Source: Mycoplasmatota bacterium (GTDB lineage Bacteria; Bacillota_I; Bacilli_A; RF39; UBA660). Taken from it: a stretch of 64,000 bases of DNA. The position numbers and the translations under genes are program-made. The notes below the pieces were generated by a model. It searched no databases and had not been told where the DNA came from. It was given only the letters and a program-made list of their open reading frames with translations. Position 1 is the first letter of the stretch, and every line of letters starts with the position of its first letter. The stretch is taken from positions 12,620 through 76,619 of the forward strand of contig JALERC010000079.1 of NCBI GenBank assembly GCA_022763805.1. The letters are read 5' to 3'. Positions 1 through 10,051 of this stretch are shown piece by piece.

Positions 1-721
1 TAGGAATAGAAATTTCATTATTTTCTAATCTTTTTACTAACCCTTGAATTTCATTACCAAAATTTCTACTGTAAGCAGTTTTAATTTCTTCATCAGTTTT
101 TAATAAATCTTCTAAATATCTTTTTCTATTTTCTGTATCTTGTTTCAACTTTTCATTAACAGTATTTAAACCACTATTTAAATTATTAGAAATAGCAGTT
201 AATTCAGCTTGATATTTATCTAATTCTTCATGATATAATCTATCATTTTCTGCTTGAGCACCAAGAGCATTATTTTTTAAAGCGTTATCTCTACTTAATT
301 CTCTATTAGCTTGAATTCTTTCGTTATATAATTTTTCGTCAGATTCACTAAGTTCACCATCACCAAATCTTCTATTATCACGATTATTTTTTGCAATTAT
401 TTTATTATTTGCGGTAATATGTTCTCTTAATTTTTCTTGAACTTGGTGATTTGCATAAATTCTTTCATTAACGTTATTAATTCTATTTTGAATTTCCTTC
501 ATTTTTTCTACAGCTAAGTCGTGTTCTGAACCTTTTGTATAACCAGATTTTTCTATTTCTTCAATTTCTTTTAGTTCTCTTTTATAATTTTCAATTCTAG
601 CATCAACTTTTTCAATCTCAGCATTTCTTAATGCAACATCATCAATATCTAATTGACCAGCTTTAATTCTTGCTGCTAGACTATTAAGTGCATTTATCAT
701 TTCTTCTTTATTCATAAGCAT
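1..721 (-). CDS. Partial CDS (N-terminal ~240 aa; continues past window start): Asn/Glu/Lys-rich coiled-coil protein, begins MLMNKEEMINALNSLAARIKAGQLD
   Basis: Hand translation of the reverse strand gives an open frame from ATG at 721-719 to position 1. Its ATG overlaps the upstream gene's stop (TAATG at 719-723). Strong heptad-like E/K/N/L composition, no TM segment. Confidence 0.5.
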   Translation of the reverse strand, partial: MLMNKEEMINALNSLAARIKAGQLDIDDVALRNAEIEKVDARIENYKRELKEIEEIEKSGYTKGSEHDLAVEKMKEIQNRINNVNERIYANHQVQEKLREHITANNKIIAKNNRDNRRFGDGELSESDEKLYNERIQANRELSRDNALKNNALGAQAENDRLYHEELDKYQAELTAISNNLNSGLNTVNEKLKQDTENRKRYLEDLLKTDEEIKTAYSRNFGNEIQGLVKRLENNEISIP

Positions 722-2088
722 TATCTCCTATTTCTATATTCCATCTTAATTTCGTATTGTATATTTTGATTATTTTTAATATCTAATATACTATTAACTT
801 CAAAGTTATATTCCTTAAATTTGTTAAATAATTCTTCTTCAGTATAATAATTATCATCAATTACTATCCATCCTGCAGTATTTCCGTTTACTTCATCAGT
901 TGTTTTAAAATATTTATAAACTGTAGCTTCTGAATCATCATCTCTAACATAACCCTCAGCAGGACTTGTTAGATAATAAGTATTTTCTTCCTTACTACTA
1001 GCATTACCACTTGGATAATATTTTCTATAATTACCTTCAATATACCATTTCCATACTCTGTCGGTATATTTATAACCTTTTTTTGACTCACATTGTGTAG
1101 TACCTTCACTAGCACAAGAATTAATTGTCCATTCAGACCATTCTCCTTGAGAACAAACTGTATTTTGTGCTACTTGAGTACTGCCATCACATGTATATAA
1201 TATACCTAAAGTAGTTTTAAATTTATCTGTTTGTCTTTCTTCACATTTTGTAGTTGAAGTGACTGTTCCACTAACTTTTGAATCAGTACATATATATTTA
1301 AATGGCCTTGCAATACTGTTTTCTTTTTTTCTATATAAAATTGTTTCTTTAATTGTTCTATAATCTTTAGTTTCAGGTTTATCAATACTATATTTAACAA
1401 CAGGTTCACCTTCATCACCTTTTTTGTTATATCCATCAGGTTTTTCAGATGTGAATGAACCATTATTCCAATAATTAGTACCATTATCTGATTTATACCA
1501 TTTATATGCTTTTATACCATTAGCCTCTCTATACTTATATTCTTCATTTGGAGCTTTATCGTAATATTCAATTACTTCATCACCATTATTTTTATTTGAA
1601 GGATAATATATTTTAGACTTATTACTAAATATTTGTGGTAAAAAAGTAAATCTTATATCTGATACATCAGGTGTAATATCTTTTTCAGTACCTTCAACAT
1701 ATTCTCCATATTCAATATCATCTTTTCCATTACATGATACAAAAGGAGTATATTGATAATTACCACTTTCTAATTTGCAAACTTTAACATAAGTTTTTTC
1801 TCTATCACAAACACCGTATTTTTCTGCTTTTATATAATGTTTATAAGCTAATTCGTTAATTTCTAATCTAACACATTCTCCATATTCTTTAGGTAATAAC
1901 GAATCATATTTAGCATAATATGATTTTGCACCATTAATTAATTCTTTATCTCTGCTTTTTCTAGAAAGAGCTCTATATCCAAAAATAGCAATTGCTATTA
2001 ATATTATGGATGAAACAATTAATAAAGGCTTTAAAAATGGTTTTACTTGTTTAGCCTGATATGTTCCAGAATTATTATCTTGTTCCAT
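721..2088 (-). CDS. Membrane-anchored extracellular protein: one N-terminal TM helix, then a Cys/Tyr/Lys/Gly-rich ectodomain with a WSEW...C...C thrombospondin-type-1-like motif; function unknown
   Basis: 455-aa ORF. Hydrophobic segment LLIVSSIILIAIAIFGY near the N-terminus. 20+ Cys and many YK/NG motifs. Motif CSQGEWSEWTINSCASEGTTQC. Confidence 0.6.
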   Translation of the reverse strand: MEQDNNSGTYQAKQVKPFLKPLLIVSSIILIAIAIFGYRALSRKSRDKELINGAKSYYAKYDSLLPKEYGECVRLEINELAYKHYIKAEKYGVCDREKTYVKVCKLESGNYQYTPFVSCNGKDDIEYGEYVEGTEKDITPDVSDIRFTFLPQIFSNKSKIYYPSNKNNGDEVIEYYDKAPNEEYKYREANGIKAYKWYKSDNGTNYWNNGSFTSEKPDGYNKKGDEGEPVVKYSIDKPETKDYRTIKETILYRKKENSIARPFKYICTDSKVSGTVTSTTKCEERQTDKFKTTLGILYTCDGSTQVAQNTVCSQGEWSEWTINSCASEGTTQCESKKGYKYTDRVWKWYIEGNYRKYYPSGNASSKEENTYYLTSPAEGYVRDDDSEATVYKYFKTTDEVNGNTAGWIVIDDNYYTEEELFNKFKEYNFEVNSILDIKNNQNIQYEIKMEYRNRR

Positions 2089-2223
2089 AGATACCTCCTA
2101 TTATTTATCATATAAATTATAACATAATAAAGATTCATTTACAATAAAATCAACCTTTAAAATGAAATTACATTACAATAACATATAAGAAAACAATTGT
2201 CAATTAAATTGGCTTAAAAGTTA

Positions 2224-2865
2224 TTAATTAATATCATTTTTAAGGTATTTGGTAATACCATTAATAATTTTGTTATTAATATCAAATTGATACTTATAAG
2301 AATTAATTTTTTCTAAATCACTTGTATTAGAAATGAATCCATATTCTATTAATGCTATCGGGTAATTAATATTATCCATAAAATATATATTATTGATTTT
2401 TTTTACTTTTCTTCTTGGATTAACAAATTTATTAATTGAATGAGCAAGTTTGTCATCTTTAGAATAAAATATTTGAAGCCCATTATAATTTTTGTTTGAA
2501 GAAGCATTCATATGAATGGATATAACACAATCAGGATTAATGTAATTTATAATTTTTATTCTATTATCGAAATCACTTTTTTTTCTTCTAAAACTTTTAG
2601 GATTTGATAAATCATAATCATCATATCTTGTCATATATACTAAAGCACCTCTTTTTTCAATTTGCTTCTTGAGATTTAAAGAAACCAACAAATTTAAGTC
2701 AGATTCATATGTGTTATTATAATAAGCTCCTTTATCTTTTCCACCATGACCAGGATCTATAACAATGACTTTTCCATATAATGGTTTTGTTTGGGAAAAC
2801 ACTACTAAATTATTTAGATTTATAAATATAAATAAAAAAAGAACATATTTTTTATATTTGCGCAT
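2224..2865 (-). CDS. cwlD: N-acetylmuramoyl-L-alanine amidase, Amidase_3 family (CwlD-like germination/cortex amidase)
   Basis: VIVIDPGHGGKDKGA...ALVYMTRYDDYDLS matches the CwlD/Amidase_3 catalytic N-terminus. N-terminal signal/anchor present. In B. subtilis cwlD lies near rplM-rpsI. Confidence 0.6.
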   Translation of the reverse strand: MRKYKKYVLFLFIFINLNNLVVFSQTKPLYGKVIVIDPGHGGKDKGAYYNNTYESDLNLLVSLNLKKQIEKRGALVYMTRYDDYDLSNPKSFRRKKSDFDNRIKIINYINPDCVISIHMNASSNKNYNGLQIFYSKDDKLAHSINKFVNPRRKVKKINNIYFMDNINYPIALIEYGFISNTSDLEKINSYKYQFDINNKIINGITKYLKNDIN

Positions 2866-2900
2866 TAAATCACCTATATAAATATATGTTCATAAAATTA

Positions 2901-4181
2901 TTAGTTTTCTTCTTTTAAAGATACATTTAAAATTATACCAACTATAGCGGCAAGTGCCATCCCTGAAATCGATAAAGAAAAATCTTTTATTGTTAAACTA
3001 ATAGCAGCACCACCTAATCCAATAACAAGCATCGCGGCGGACACAATTACATTTTTATTTTTATTAAAATCAACTTTGTTTTCAACTAAGACTTTTAAAC
3101 CATTAACGGCAATAAAACCATAAAGTAATAAAGAAACACCACCTAATACGCAATTTGGAATTGTACTAACTAAAGAAGTAAATTTACCCATAAATCCTAA
3201 GGAAATTGCAAATATAGCTGCTAATCTTAAAACATAAATAGATGCAATTTTACTCATACCTACTACTGATGTATTCTCACCATAAGTTGTATTAGCTGGT
3301 CCTCCAATAAATCCAGCAACAAATGTTGCAATACCATCTCCTAATAATGTTTTATCTAAACCAGGATTTTTTATTAAATCTTTACCAATAATAGTTCCTA
3401 AAACGGTATGATCTCCAATATGTTCTGAAATTGTAACTAACACAATTGGTAATATAATAATAAGTGCATCAAAATCAGGTTTGTAATTTATAAAAGGAAA
3501 CTTAAATTTAGGAATACTAAACCAAGCAGCTTCTAAAACAGGTTTAAAATCTACAAGTCCAAATAAACAAGCTGAAATATAACCAACAACAATTCCAACT
3601 AAAAATGGAATTACCTTAAAAAATCCTTTAGCCTTTGTAGCGACCATTGCTGTAGTTATAAATGTAATAAGTGCTACAACTACATTTTGCCATATAAATT
3701 TTGAACTACTAGATATACCAATACTATCGATTGCTGTAGGTGCTAATCCTAAACCAATAATCATAATCATAGGTCCAATTATAATCGGTGGTAAAAGTTT
3801 TTGCAACCAATTAACCCCTACAAATTTTATAATTAATGCTACAAGAATATAAGCAAGACCAACAGCCATAATTCCTGTAAAAACACCACTACTTCCAGTT
3901 TTTGCAAAAGCAAGTATCATCGGTGTAATAAATGCAAATGAACTTCCTAAATAAACAGGAGACTTTCCTTTTGTACATAATTGATATAAAAGTGTACCTA
4001 TTCCTGAAGCAACTAATGTTACAGGTATAGTTAATACTTCTTCACCAGCTGCTTGATTAACTAAAATTGGTACTAGAATAGTTGCTCCAAACATTGCAAA
4101 CACATGTTGTAGTGATAAGATAATCCATTTACCCAAACTAGGTTTTTCTGAAACATCTAAAATCAGATTATTTTTTTTCAT
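2901..4181 (-). CDS. pyrP: Uracil permease, NCS2 nucleobase:cation symporter family
   Basis: LSLQHVFAMFGATILVPILV signature of UraA/PyrP. 12-TM hydrophobic profile. Confidence 0.65.
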   Translation of the reverse strand: MKKNNLILDVSEKPSLGKWIILSLQHVFAMFGATILVPILVNQAAGEEVLTIPVTLVASGIGTLLYQLCTKGKSPVYLGSSFAFITPMILAFAKTGSSGVFTGIMAVGLAYILVALIIKFVGVNWLQKLLPPIIIGPMIMIIGLGLAPTAIDSIGISSSSKFIWQNVVVALITFITTAMVATKAKGFFKVIPFLVGIVVGYISACLFGLVDFKPVLEAAWFSIPKFKFPFINYKPDFDALIIILPIVLVTISEHIGDHTVLGTIIGKDLIKNPGLDKTLLGDGIATFVAGFIGGPANTTYGENTSVVGMSKIASIYVLRLAAIFAISLGFMGKFTSLVSTIPNCVLGGVSLLLYGFIAVNGLKVLVENKVDFNKNKNVIVSAAMLVIGLGGAAISLTIKDFSLSISGMALAAIVGIILNVSLKEEN

Positions 4182-4351
4182 ATACTCCTCCTTCTTTTCG
4201 GGCTATAAAAAAAACACTAAAACAACTAAATGTTTTAATGTTTTAAAGTGAAAAAAGGAATAAGAAAAACAACTTTTTTAAATTTATTTTTTTCTTTAAA
4301 TTCCTCTTTCATACGATCACACCCTAAGAATAATACTATCATAAACTAAAA

Positions 4352-5032
4352 TTAATTGTCAATAAAGTTTTTAAAAATATTATAAGGATATCTATTTGGC
4401 AAATCTAATTTAAAATCCATAACTTCTTTAGTAACAGGATGAATAAATGATAATTCACCAGCAAACAAAGCAATATTATCTTTTTTTGTATTTTTATTAT
4501 ATTTTTGGTCACCATAAAGAGGATGATTTCTACTACTAAATTGAACTCTAATTTGATGAGACCTACCTGTTTTAAGATTTATTTTAACTAAACTCATATT
4601 ATCTTTGTATTCAATTAATTCATAATCTAAAATTGCTTCTTTACCACTATTATCAACTCTAGTAATATTTGTTCGATGATCTTTTAAAAGTTTATCAATT
4701 AATCTATCTTTTTCTTTGACTTTGCCTGTAACTACTGCATAATATATTTTTTTGAATTTATGATTTTTAACTTGTTCACTTAATCTATTAGCAGCTTTAC
4801 TTGTTTTTGCAAATACCATAATACCACCAACAGGTCTATCTAATCTATGAACAAGACCTAAATACACATTTCCAGGCTTATTGTATTTTTCTTTTAAATA
4901 TCTTTTTATAATATTTAATAAGTCTAAATCTTTACTTTCATCTTCACAAACAGGTATATTAGGTTTTTTTTCTACAACAATAACATGATTATCTTCATAT
5001 AATATATTAATCATTTTTTTCCCATCTACCAT
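4352..5032 (-). CDS. RluA-family RNA pseudouridine synthase (no S4 domain)
   Basis: HRLDRPVGGIMVFAKT catalytic motif with the conserved Asp. Size 226 aa. Confidence 0.7.
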   Translation of the reverse strand: MVDGKKMINILYEDNHVIVVEKKPNIPVCEDESKDLDLLNIIKRYLKEKYNKPGNVYLGLVHRLDRPVGGIMVFAKTSKAANRLSEQVKNHKFKKIYYAVVTGKVKEKDRLIDKLLKDHRTNITRVDNSGKEAILDYELIEYKDNMSLVKINLKTGRSHQIRVQFSSRNHPLYGDQKYNKNTKKDNIALFAGELSFIHPVTKEVMDFKLDLPNRYPYNIFKNFIDN

Positions 5033-5876
5033 ATATACCGCATGGTAAAACTAAATTATCTCTTGTAATTGGAAGACCAACTTCTCCAGCCTCAACTTTT
5101 CCATCTGGATATTTTTTAAGCATTGTCGTTTTTAATATATTTTCTAAAACAATACTAGAAATTCCGGTAGTATATGAATTGATTAAAAAGAAAACAGGTT
5201 CATCACTAAGAATTTGCATACAAGCTTCAATTAAAGTATATAAATTATCTTCAAATTTCCAAACTTCTCCATTAGGACCACGACCATAACTTGGAGGATC
5301 CATTACTATAGCATCATATTTATTACCACGTCTATATTCTCTTTGAACAAATTTAAGACAATCGTCAACTATAAATCTAATAAAATTATTTTCTAAACCA
5401 GATAATTTCATATTCTCTTTAGCCCAATCAGTCATACCACGTGAAGCATCAACATGGACAACATCAGCACCAGCACTAGAACATGCCATTGTAGCTCCTC
5501 CAGTATAAGCAAAAAGATTTAATACCTTAATTTTTCTATCTTGTTTCTTTATTTTATCCATCATAAAATCCCAATTAGTTGCTTGTTCAGGAAATAAACC
5601 AGTATGTTTAAAGTTTGTAGGACTAACTTTAAATGTTAAATGTTTGTAATCAATAGTCCAATAATCATTTAATTTAGTATTAAATTTCCATTGTCCTCCA
5701 CCTTTAGCACTTCTAAAATAATGTCCATCAACATTTTTCCAATTATCATTATAATTAACATTCCACATAGCTTGTGGATCTGGTCTACGAAAAATGACAT
5801 TACCCCATCTTTCTAATTTTTCACCATTACCAGCATCTATACATTCATAATCTTTCCATTCATTACTTAATCTCAT
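5007..5876 (-). CDS. Class I SAM-dependent rRNA methyltransferase, RlmI/YccW-like (PUA-less)
   Basis: SAM-binding FAYTGGATMA motif and IVMDPPSY(G)RG motif typical of RlmI-type m5C methyltransferases. The 3' end overlaps the rluA-family gene by 26 nt. Confidence 0.55.
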   Translation of the reverse strand: MRLSNEWKDYECIDAGNGEKLERWGNVIFRRPDPQAMWNVNYNDNWKNVDGHYFRSAKGGGQWKFNTKLNDYWTIDYKHLTFKVSPTNFKHTGLFPEQATNWDFMMDKIKKQDRKIKVLNLFAYTGGATMACSSAGADVVHVDASRGMTDWAKENMKLSGLENNFIRFIVDDCLKFVQREYRRGNKYDAIVMDPPSYGRGPNGEVWKFEDNLYTLIEACMQILSDEPVFFLINSYTTGISSIVLENILKTTMLKKYPDGKVEAGEVGLPITRDNLVLPCGIYGRWEKND

Positions 5877-5943
5877 TATAAAACTCCTTTTTAAGAAAAA
5901 TATTTTCTTATTTTATTATAGAATATGTTTAATCTAAATGCAA

Positions 5944-6645
5944 TTAATTATCATTTAAATTTAAATCATGATCTTTTTCTATTTTTTTCCAACCGACAGA
6001 TTCAATACCTGGTTCATTCATAATATTAGTCATTATTCTATCTATAACACTAACAAATTTCATATCTGAAGACAATGTCGCATATATTTTTACCATACCA
6101 TTTTCAATTGTTTTTGTTTCGATGTTTTCTAACGTTAAATTAACATTTTTAGTTGCTTTTGAAATTATATTACGTACTCTTAATTCTTTGTCATCTTCAC
6201 ATTTAATCTTAAATAAGTATTCTTGATTAATCTTTCTTGATTTTGATAACTTGTTTGTAATCGTTCTTAGGAAAATATTAGAAAATAAAATGGCAATACA
6301 TCCAGTTGTAGCTTCGATAAGTAAACCACCAGCACATAAAACACCAATAGCAGCATTACACCATAAAGTAGCAGCAGTATTTAATCCTCTAATATTTCCA
6401 CCATCTTTAATAATAACACCAGCACCTAAAAAACCTATTCCAGATACAACTTGAGCAGCAATTCGTGTCACATCACCATCTGTTTGAATCAATGTAGAAA
6501 ATGATGCAAACAAAAATGCACCCAATGAAACTAATACGTTCGTTTGTAATCCTATAGCATGTCTTCCCCATTGTCTTTCAAATCCTATTAATAAACTTAA
6601 ACCAAAACAAGCGCAAATTCTATTAACAAAATCTATATATTCCAT
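5944..6645 (-). CDS. mgtC: MgtC/SapB family membrane protein
   Basis: N-terminal MgtC domain (GLSLLIGFERQWGRHAIGLQTNVLVSLGA) followed by a soluble ACT-like C-terminal part. Confidence 0.7.
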   Translation of the reverse strand: MEYIDFVNRICACFGLSLLIGFERQWGRHAIGLQTNVLVSLGAFLFASFSTLIQTDGDVTRIAAQVVSGIGFLGAGVIIKDGGNIRGLNTAATLWCNAAIGVLCAGGLLIEATTGCIAILFSNIFLRTITNKLSKSRKINQEYLFKIKCEDDKELRVRNIISKATKNVNLTLENIETKTIENGMVKIYATLSSDMKFVSVIDRIMTNIMNEPGIESVGWKKIEKDHDLNLNDN

Positions 6646-6725
6646 TTTATCACTCCTATGCTATAAATATACAAAAAGAAGTATAATCCAGCGATTATAC
6701 TCCAAGAAATATCTCGTAAGAAATC

Positions 6726-7136
6726 TTAACGTTTTGAGAATTGTGGTGCACGACGTGCTGCTTTTAATCCTGGTTTTTTACGTTCTTTAACTCTTGCATC
6801 TCTAGTTACAAATCCAGCTCTTTTTAAAACTTTTCTGTAGCTATCTTCGTTACTTTCGTTTGCTTTATCATATTCACATAAAGCTCTAGCAATACCTAAA
6901 CGAATAGCACCAGTTTGTCCAGTGAATCCTCCACCATTAACTTTTACTTCAATATCAAATGTTTCTTCATTATTTGTAGCAACTAAAGGTTGTTTTAAAT
7001 CCATAACATTAGTTTCATATGGAAAGAAATCTCTTACATCTCTACCGTTAACAGTAATTTTTCCAGTACCTGGAACCATTTTTACTTGAGCGATAGAAGA
7101 TTTTCTTCTTCCTGTACCAATAAATACTTTACTCAT
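6726..7136 (-). CDS. rpsI: 30S ribosomal protein S9
   Basis: Ends RRAPQFSKR; conserved S9 sequence. Confidence 0.95.
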   Translation of the reverse strand: MSKVFIGTGRRKSSIAQVKMVPGTGKITVNGRDVRDFFPYETNVMDLKQPLVATNNEETFDIEVKVNGGGFTGQTGAIRLGIARALCEYDKANESNEDSYRKVLKRAGFVTRDARVKERKKPGLKAARRAPQFSKR

Positions 7137-7149
7137 AGATTAAACCTCC

Positions 7150-7587
7150 TTATTTACCCATTTTTAACTCAACAGGTTGTTGAGCTGCATGTGGATGTTC
7201 TTCCCCAGCATAAACAAATAATTTTTTATACATTTGACGTCCTAATCTTCCATGTGGAAGCATTCCTTTAACGGCTCTTTCAACCATTTCAACAGGATAT
7301 TGATCTCTCATAACACGAGCAGTTCTTTCTCTTAATCCACCAGTATATCCACTGTGGTTGTAGTAAATTTTCTTATCTAGTTTGTCACCAGTAAGTACTA
7401 CTTTAGAAGCATTAGTAATAATAACATAATCACCACAATCAATATGTGGAGTGTATGTTGGTTTATGTTTACCACGTAAAACATGAGCAACTTTAGTAGC
7501 TAAACGTCCTAAAGTTAATCCTTCAGCGTCAACTACATACCAATTACGAACTACTTCATCTTTTTTTTGCATGTAAGTATTTTTCAT
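7150..7587 (-). CDS. rplM: 50S ribosomal protein L13
   Basis: Conserved L13 sequence (NWYVVDAEG...). Sits upstream of rpsI as in all bacteria. Confidence 0.95.
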   Translation of the reverse strand: MKNTYMQKKDEVVRNWYVVDAEGLTLGRLATKVAHVLRGKHKPTYTPHIDCGDYVIITNASKVVLTGDKLDKKIYYNHSGYTGGLRERTARVMRDQYPVEMVERAVKGMLPHGRLGRQMYKKLFVYAGEEHPHAAQQPVELKMGK

Positions 7588-7674
7588 ATTGTTTCCCTTC
7601 CTTGTAATAAATTAATAATAGTTAGATTTCCCACATCTAACTTTTATTGGGATTTATAAAATGTACCAACTAAA

Positions 7675-7703
7675 ATATTACTAAAAAATTATTGAAAAGT
7701 CAA
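7675..7703 (-). promoter_or_regulatory. rplM-rpsI promoter (-35 TTGACT, 17 nt, -10 TAATAT) followed by a leader hairpin GTTAGATttcccacATCTAAC (7621-7641)
   Basis: Reverse-strand reading. A hairpin in the 5' UTR of L13 is consistent with an L13-type autoregulatory leader. Confidence 0.45.
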
Positions 7704-7720
7704 GTAAAAATAGTGTTTTT

Positions 7721-8455
7721 TTAAAAATAAAACACATCTTCTAGATATAACCCACATGCTTCCGCTTTAATACCTGCTTCTTTTCTATCTTCACATTTAA
7801 ATAGTCTATCTATATCATCAATATTTCTTTTATTTTCACCTATTTCAATTAAACATCCCACAATGTTTCTAACCATATATCTCATAAAACCAGAACCAAT
7901 AAATGATATTGATAAAATATTATCTTTTAATACAATACTTGTCTCAAAGATTTCTCGTTCATAATCACTAATTTCGGAATTTGGTTTAGTGAATGATTTA
8001 AAATTATGTTTACCTTCAAACTTTTTGATTGCTATATTCATTTTTTTAATATCTATATTTTTGTTATATTGATATATATAATCAGATTCGATCGGATTAT
8101 ATTCGCCTAAATTTATTTTATACGTATATTTTTTCCTTATAACATTAAATCTAGCATGAAAATCATCAGTTACTGTTTTAATATCTTTAATATATATATA
8201 TTTAGATGTTAATTTATTGAGAGAATTTCTTAAAATATCAACATTTATATCTCTATCTAAATCAAAATGTGCCTTTTGGTTTAAAGCATGAACACCATTA
8301 TCTGTTCTTCCGCTAGCACTAATACTAACAAAATTATTACTATTAATTTTTGTTAATGCTAATTCAATATTTTCTTGAACACTTGGTTTATCAGGTTGTT
8401 TTTGATAACCATAAAATTTTGAACCATCATATGAAAACGTCATTAAATATCGCAT
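7721..8455 (-). CDS. truA: tRNA pseudouridine(38-40) synthase TruA
   Basis: TruA motifs (GRTDNGVHA). Conserved ecfT-truA-rplM synteny. Confidence 0.85.
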   Translation of the reverse strand: MRYLMTFSYDGSKFYGYQKQPDKPSVQENIELALTKINSNNFVSISASGRTDNGVHALNQKAHFDLDRDINVDILRNSLNKLTSKYIYIKDIKTVTDDFHARFNVIRKKYTYKINLGEYNPIESDYIYQYNKNIDIKKMNIAIKKFEGKHNFKSFTKPNSEISDYEREIFETSIVLKDNILSISFIGSGFMRYMVRNIVGCLIEIGENKRNIDDIDRLFKCEDRKEAGIKAEACGLYLEDVFYF

Positions 8456-9219
8456 TAAATCACCTTCTTAACAATTAATAATCCAAATATAATAAAATGT
8501 AATAAAAATAAAAATGTATCGAATATACGCCATTTATTTAATCTATAGTTAGTTCTTTTAGCATTTATATTGTATAGTCTAACTTGCATAGCCTCAGCTA
8601 GTGTATCAGCTCTTCTAATTGTTAAAATAAACATAGGAAGAAGCATTGATTTTATTGCTAAAAATTTACCTGGTAATTTCGAATTATAATAATCAACCCC
8701 ACGACTAGCTTGAGATTTTAATATTTTATTTCCTTGATCAATTATTGTAGGAATAAATCTTAAAGCAAGCGAAATAGATAACGCCATTTTATTAACAGGC
8801 AATCCTATCAATCTAAAAGGGCTTAAAACTCTTTGTAACCCATAAGTGATTTCATTAGGAGGTGTAGAAAGAGTTAATACTGTTGAATATAAAACTACAC
8901 CAGATAATCTCATAAAAACTATAAGAATATCAATTAAGGTTAATCCCGAAAGTGAATATATAATGATAATGAATAGAAATAATATTTTCAAACTACTAAA
9001 TGTTTTTTTATAAATCCTTCTTGGGATATGTGCCATTTCACATAATAAAATTGATAGAGAAAATATTAAACACATCACAACAAAATCATCACAAATAAAA
9101 ATCATTAATGCAAATAATAATGTACATAAGATTTTAGAAATAGGATTCATATAATGCACTTTAGATTTAATAGGGTAATAACTACCAAATACAACATTAT
9201 CTAGCATTTCTATACACAT
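8455..9219 (-). CDS. ecfT: ECF transporter transmembrane (T) component
   Basis: Multi-TM protein directly after two ECF-type ABC ATPases. Conserved Firmicute ecfA-ecfA'-ecfT arrangement. Confidence 0.8.
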   Translation of the reverse strand: MCIEMLDNVVFGSYYPIKSKVHYMNPISKILCTLLFALMIFICDDFVVMCLIFSLSILLCEMAHIPRRIYKKTFSSLKILFLFIIIIYSLSGLTLIDILIVFMRLSGVVLYSTVLTLSTPPNEITYGLQRVLSPFRLIGLPVNKMALSISLALRFIPTIIDQGNKILKSQASRGVDYYNSKLPGKFLAIKSMLLPMFILTIRRADTLAEAMQVRLYNINAKRTNYRLNKWRIFDTFLFLLHFIIFGLLIVKKVI

Positions 9220-10051
9220 CCTTTATAATATCATTAATATCATCTCTATATCCTATTTTTTTTCCTGTTTTTTTGTATACAAGGTTTGCAAATTCGATTT
9301 CATTTGGAACTCTAATACCATATTTTTTTAATTTTTCTTCGTCTTTAAATACTGTGTATTTATCCCCTTCAACCACAATTTCACCATTATCTAAAACATA
9401 GATATAATCACTTATTTTATGTATCAAATCATTATCATGACTTACAATTATTATAGTTTTTTTATATCTCGTTTTTAAATTTCTTAAAAGCATTATTAAA
9501 TTTTTTTTACTTATAGAATCTAATCCGATAGTCGGTTCATCCAAAATAATTACTTCAGGATTAAAAGCTAAAATAGATGCAATAGCTACTTTTCTCTTTT
9601 CCCCATTTGATAACGTAAAAGGATTTCTATTAATATAATTTTGATTTAAACCAACCATTTTTAAGGAATCTTTGACTCTTTTTTCAATATCTTTTGTTTT
9701 ATAATTAAAATATTTCATACCAAAAGATATTTCATCATATACTGTCATATTAAAAAATTGTTCCTCTGGAAACTGAAAAATTAATCCAATGTTTACGCGT
9801 AAATCATTAATATTTTTTATTCTTTTACTTTTATTAGTTATAATGAAATCATTAATTTTTACTTCACCTTTAGAAGGAATATTTAATGCATTAATCATTT
9901 CGACTAATGTTGATTTACCACTACCACTTCTACCGATAATACTTGATATTTTTCCTTCCTTAATATCTAAATTAATATTTTTTAAAACTTCATTTTCAAT
10001 TGGTGTATTTTTATTATACGAAAAATATACATTATTAAATTTTATTTCCAT
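9197..10051 (-). CDS. ecfA2: ECF transporter ATPase component A2
   Basis: Walker A GRSGSGKST, signature LSNGEKRKV, Walker B ILDEPT. Confidence 0.85.
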   Translation of the reverse strand: MEIKFNNVYFSYNKNTPIENEVLKNINLDIKEGKISSIIGRSGSGKSTLVEMINALNIPSKGEVKINDFIITNKSKRIKNINDLRVNIGLIFQFPEEQFFNMTVYDEISFGMKYFNYKTKDIEKRVKDSLKMVGLNQNYINRNPFTLSNGEKRKVAIASILAFNPEVIILDEPTIGLDSISKKNLIMLLRNLKTRYKKTIIIVSHDNDLIHKISDYIYVLDNGEIVVEGDKYTVFKDEEKLKKYGIRVPNEIEFANLVYKKTGKKIGYRDDINDIIKDVYRNAR

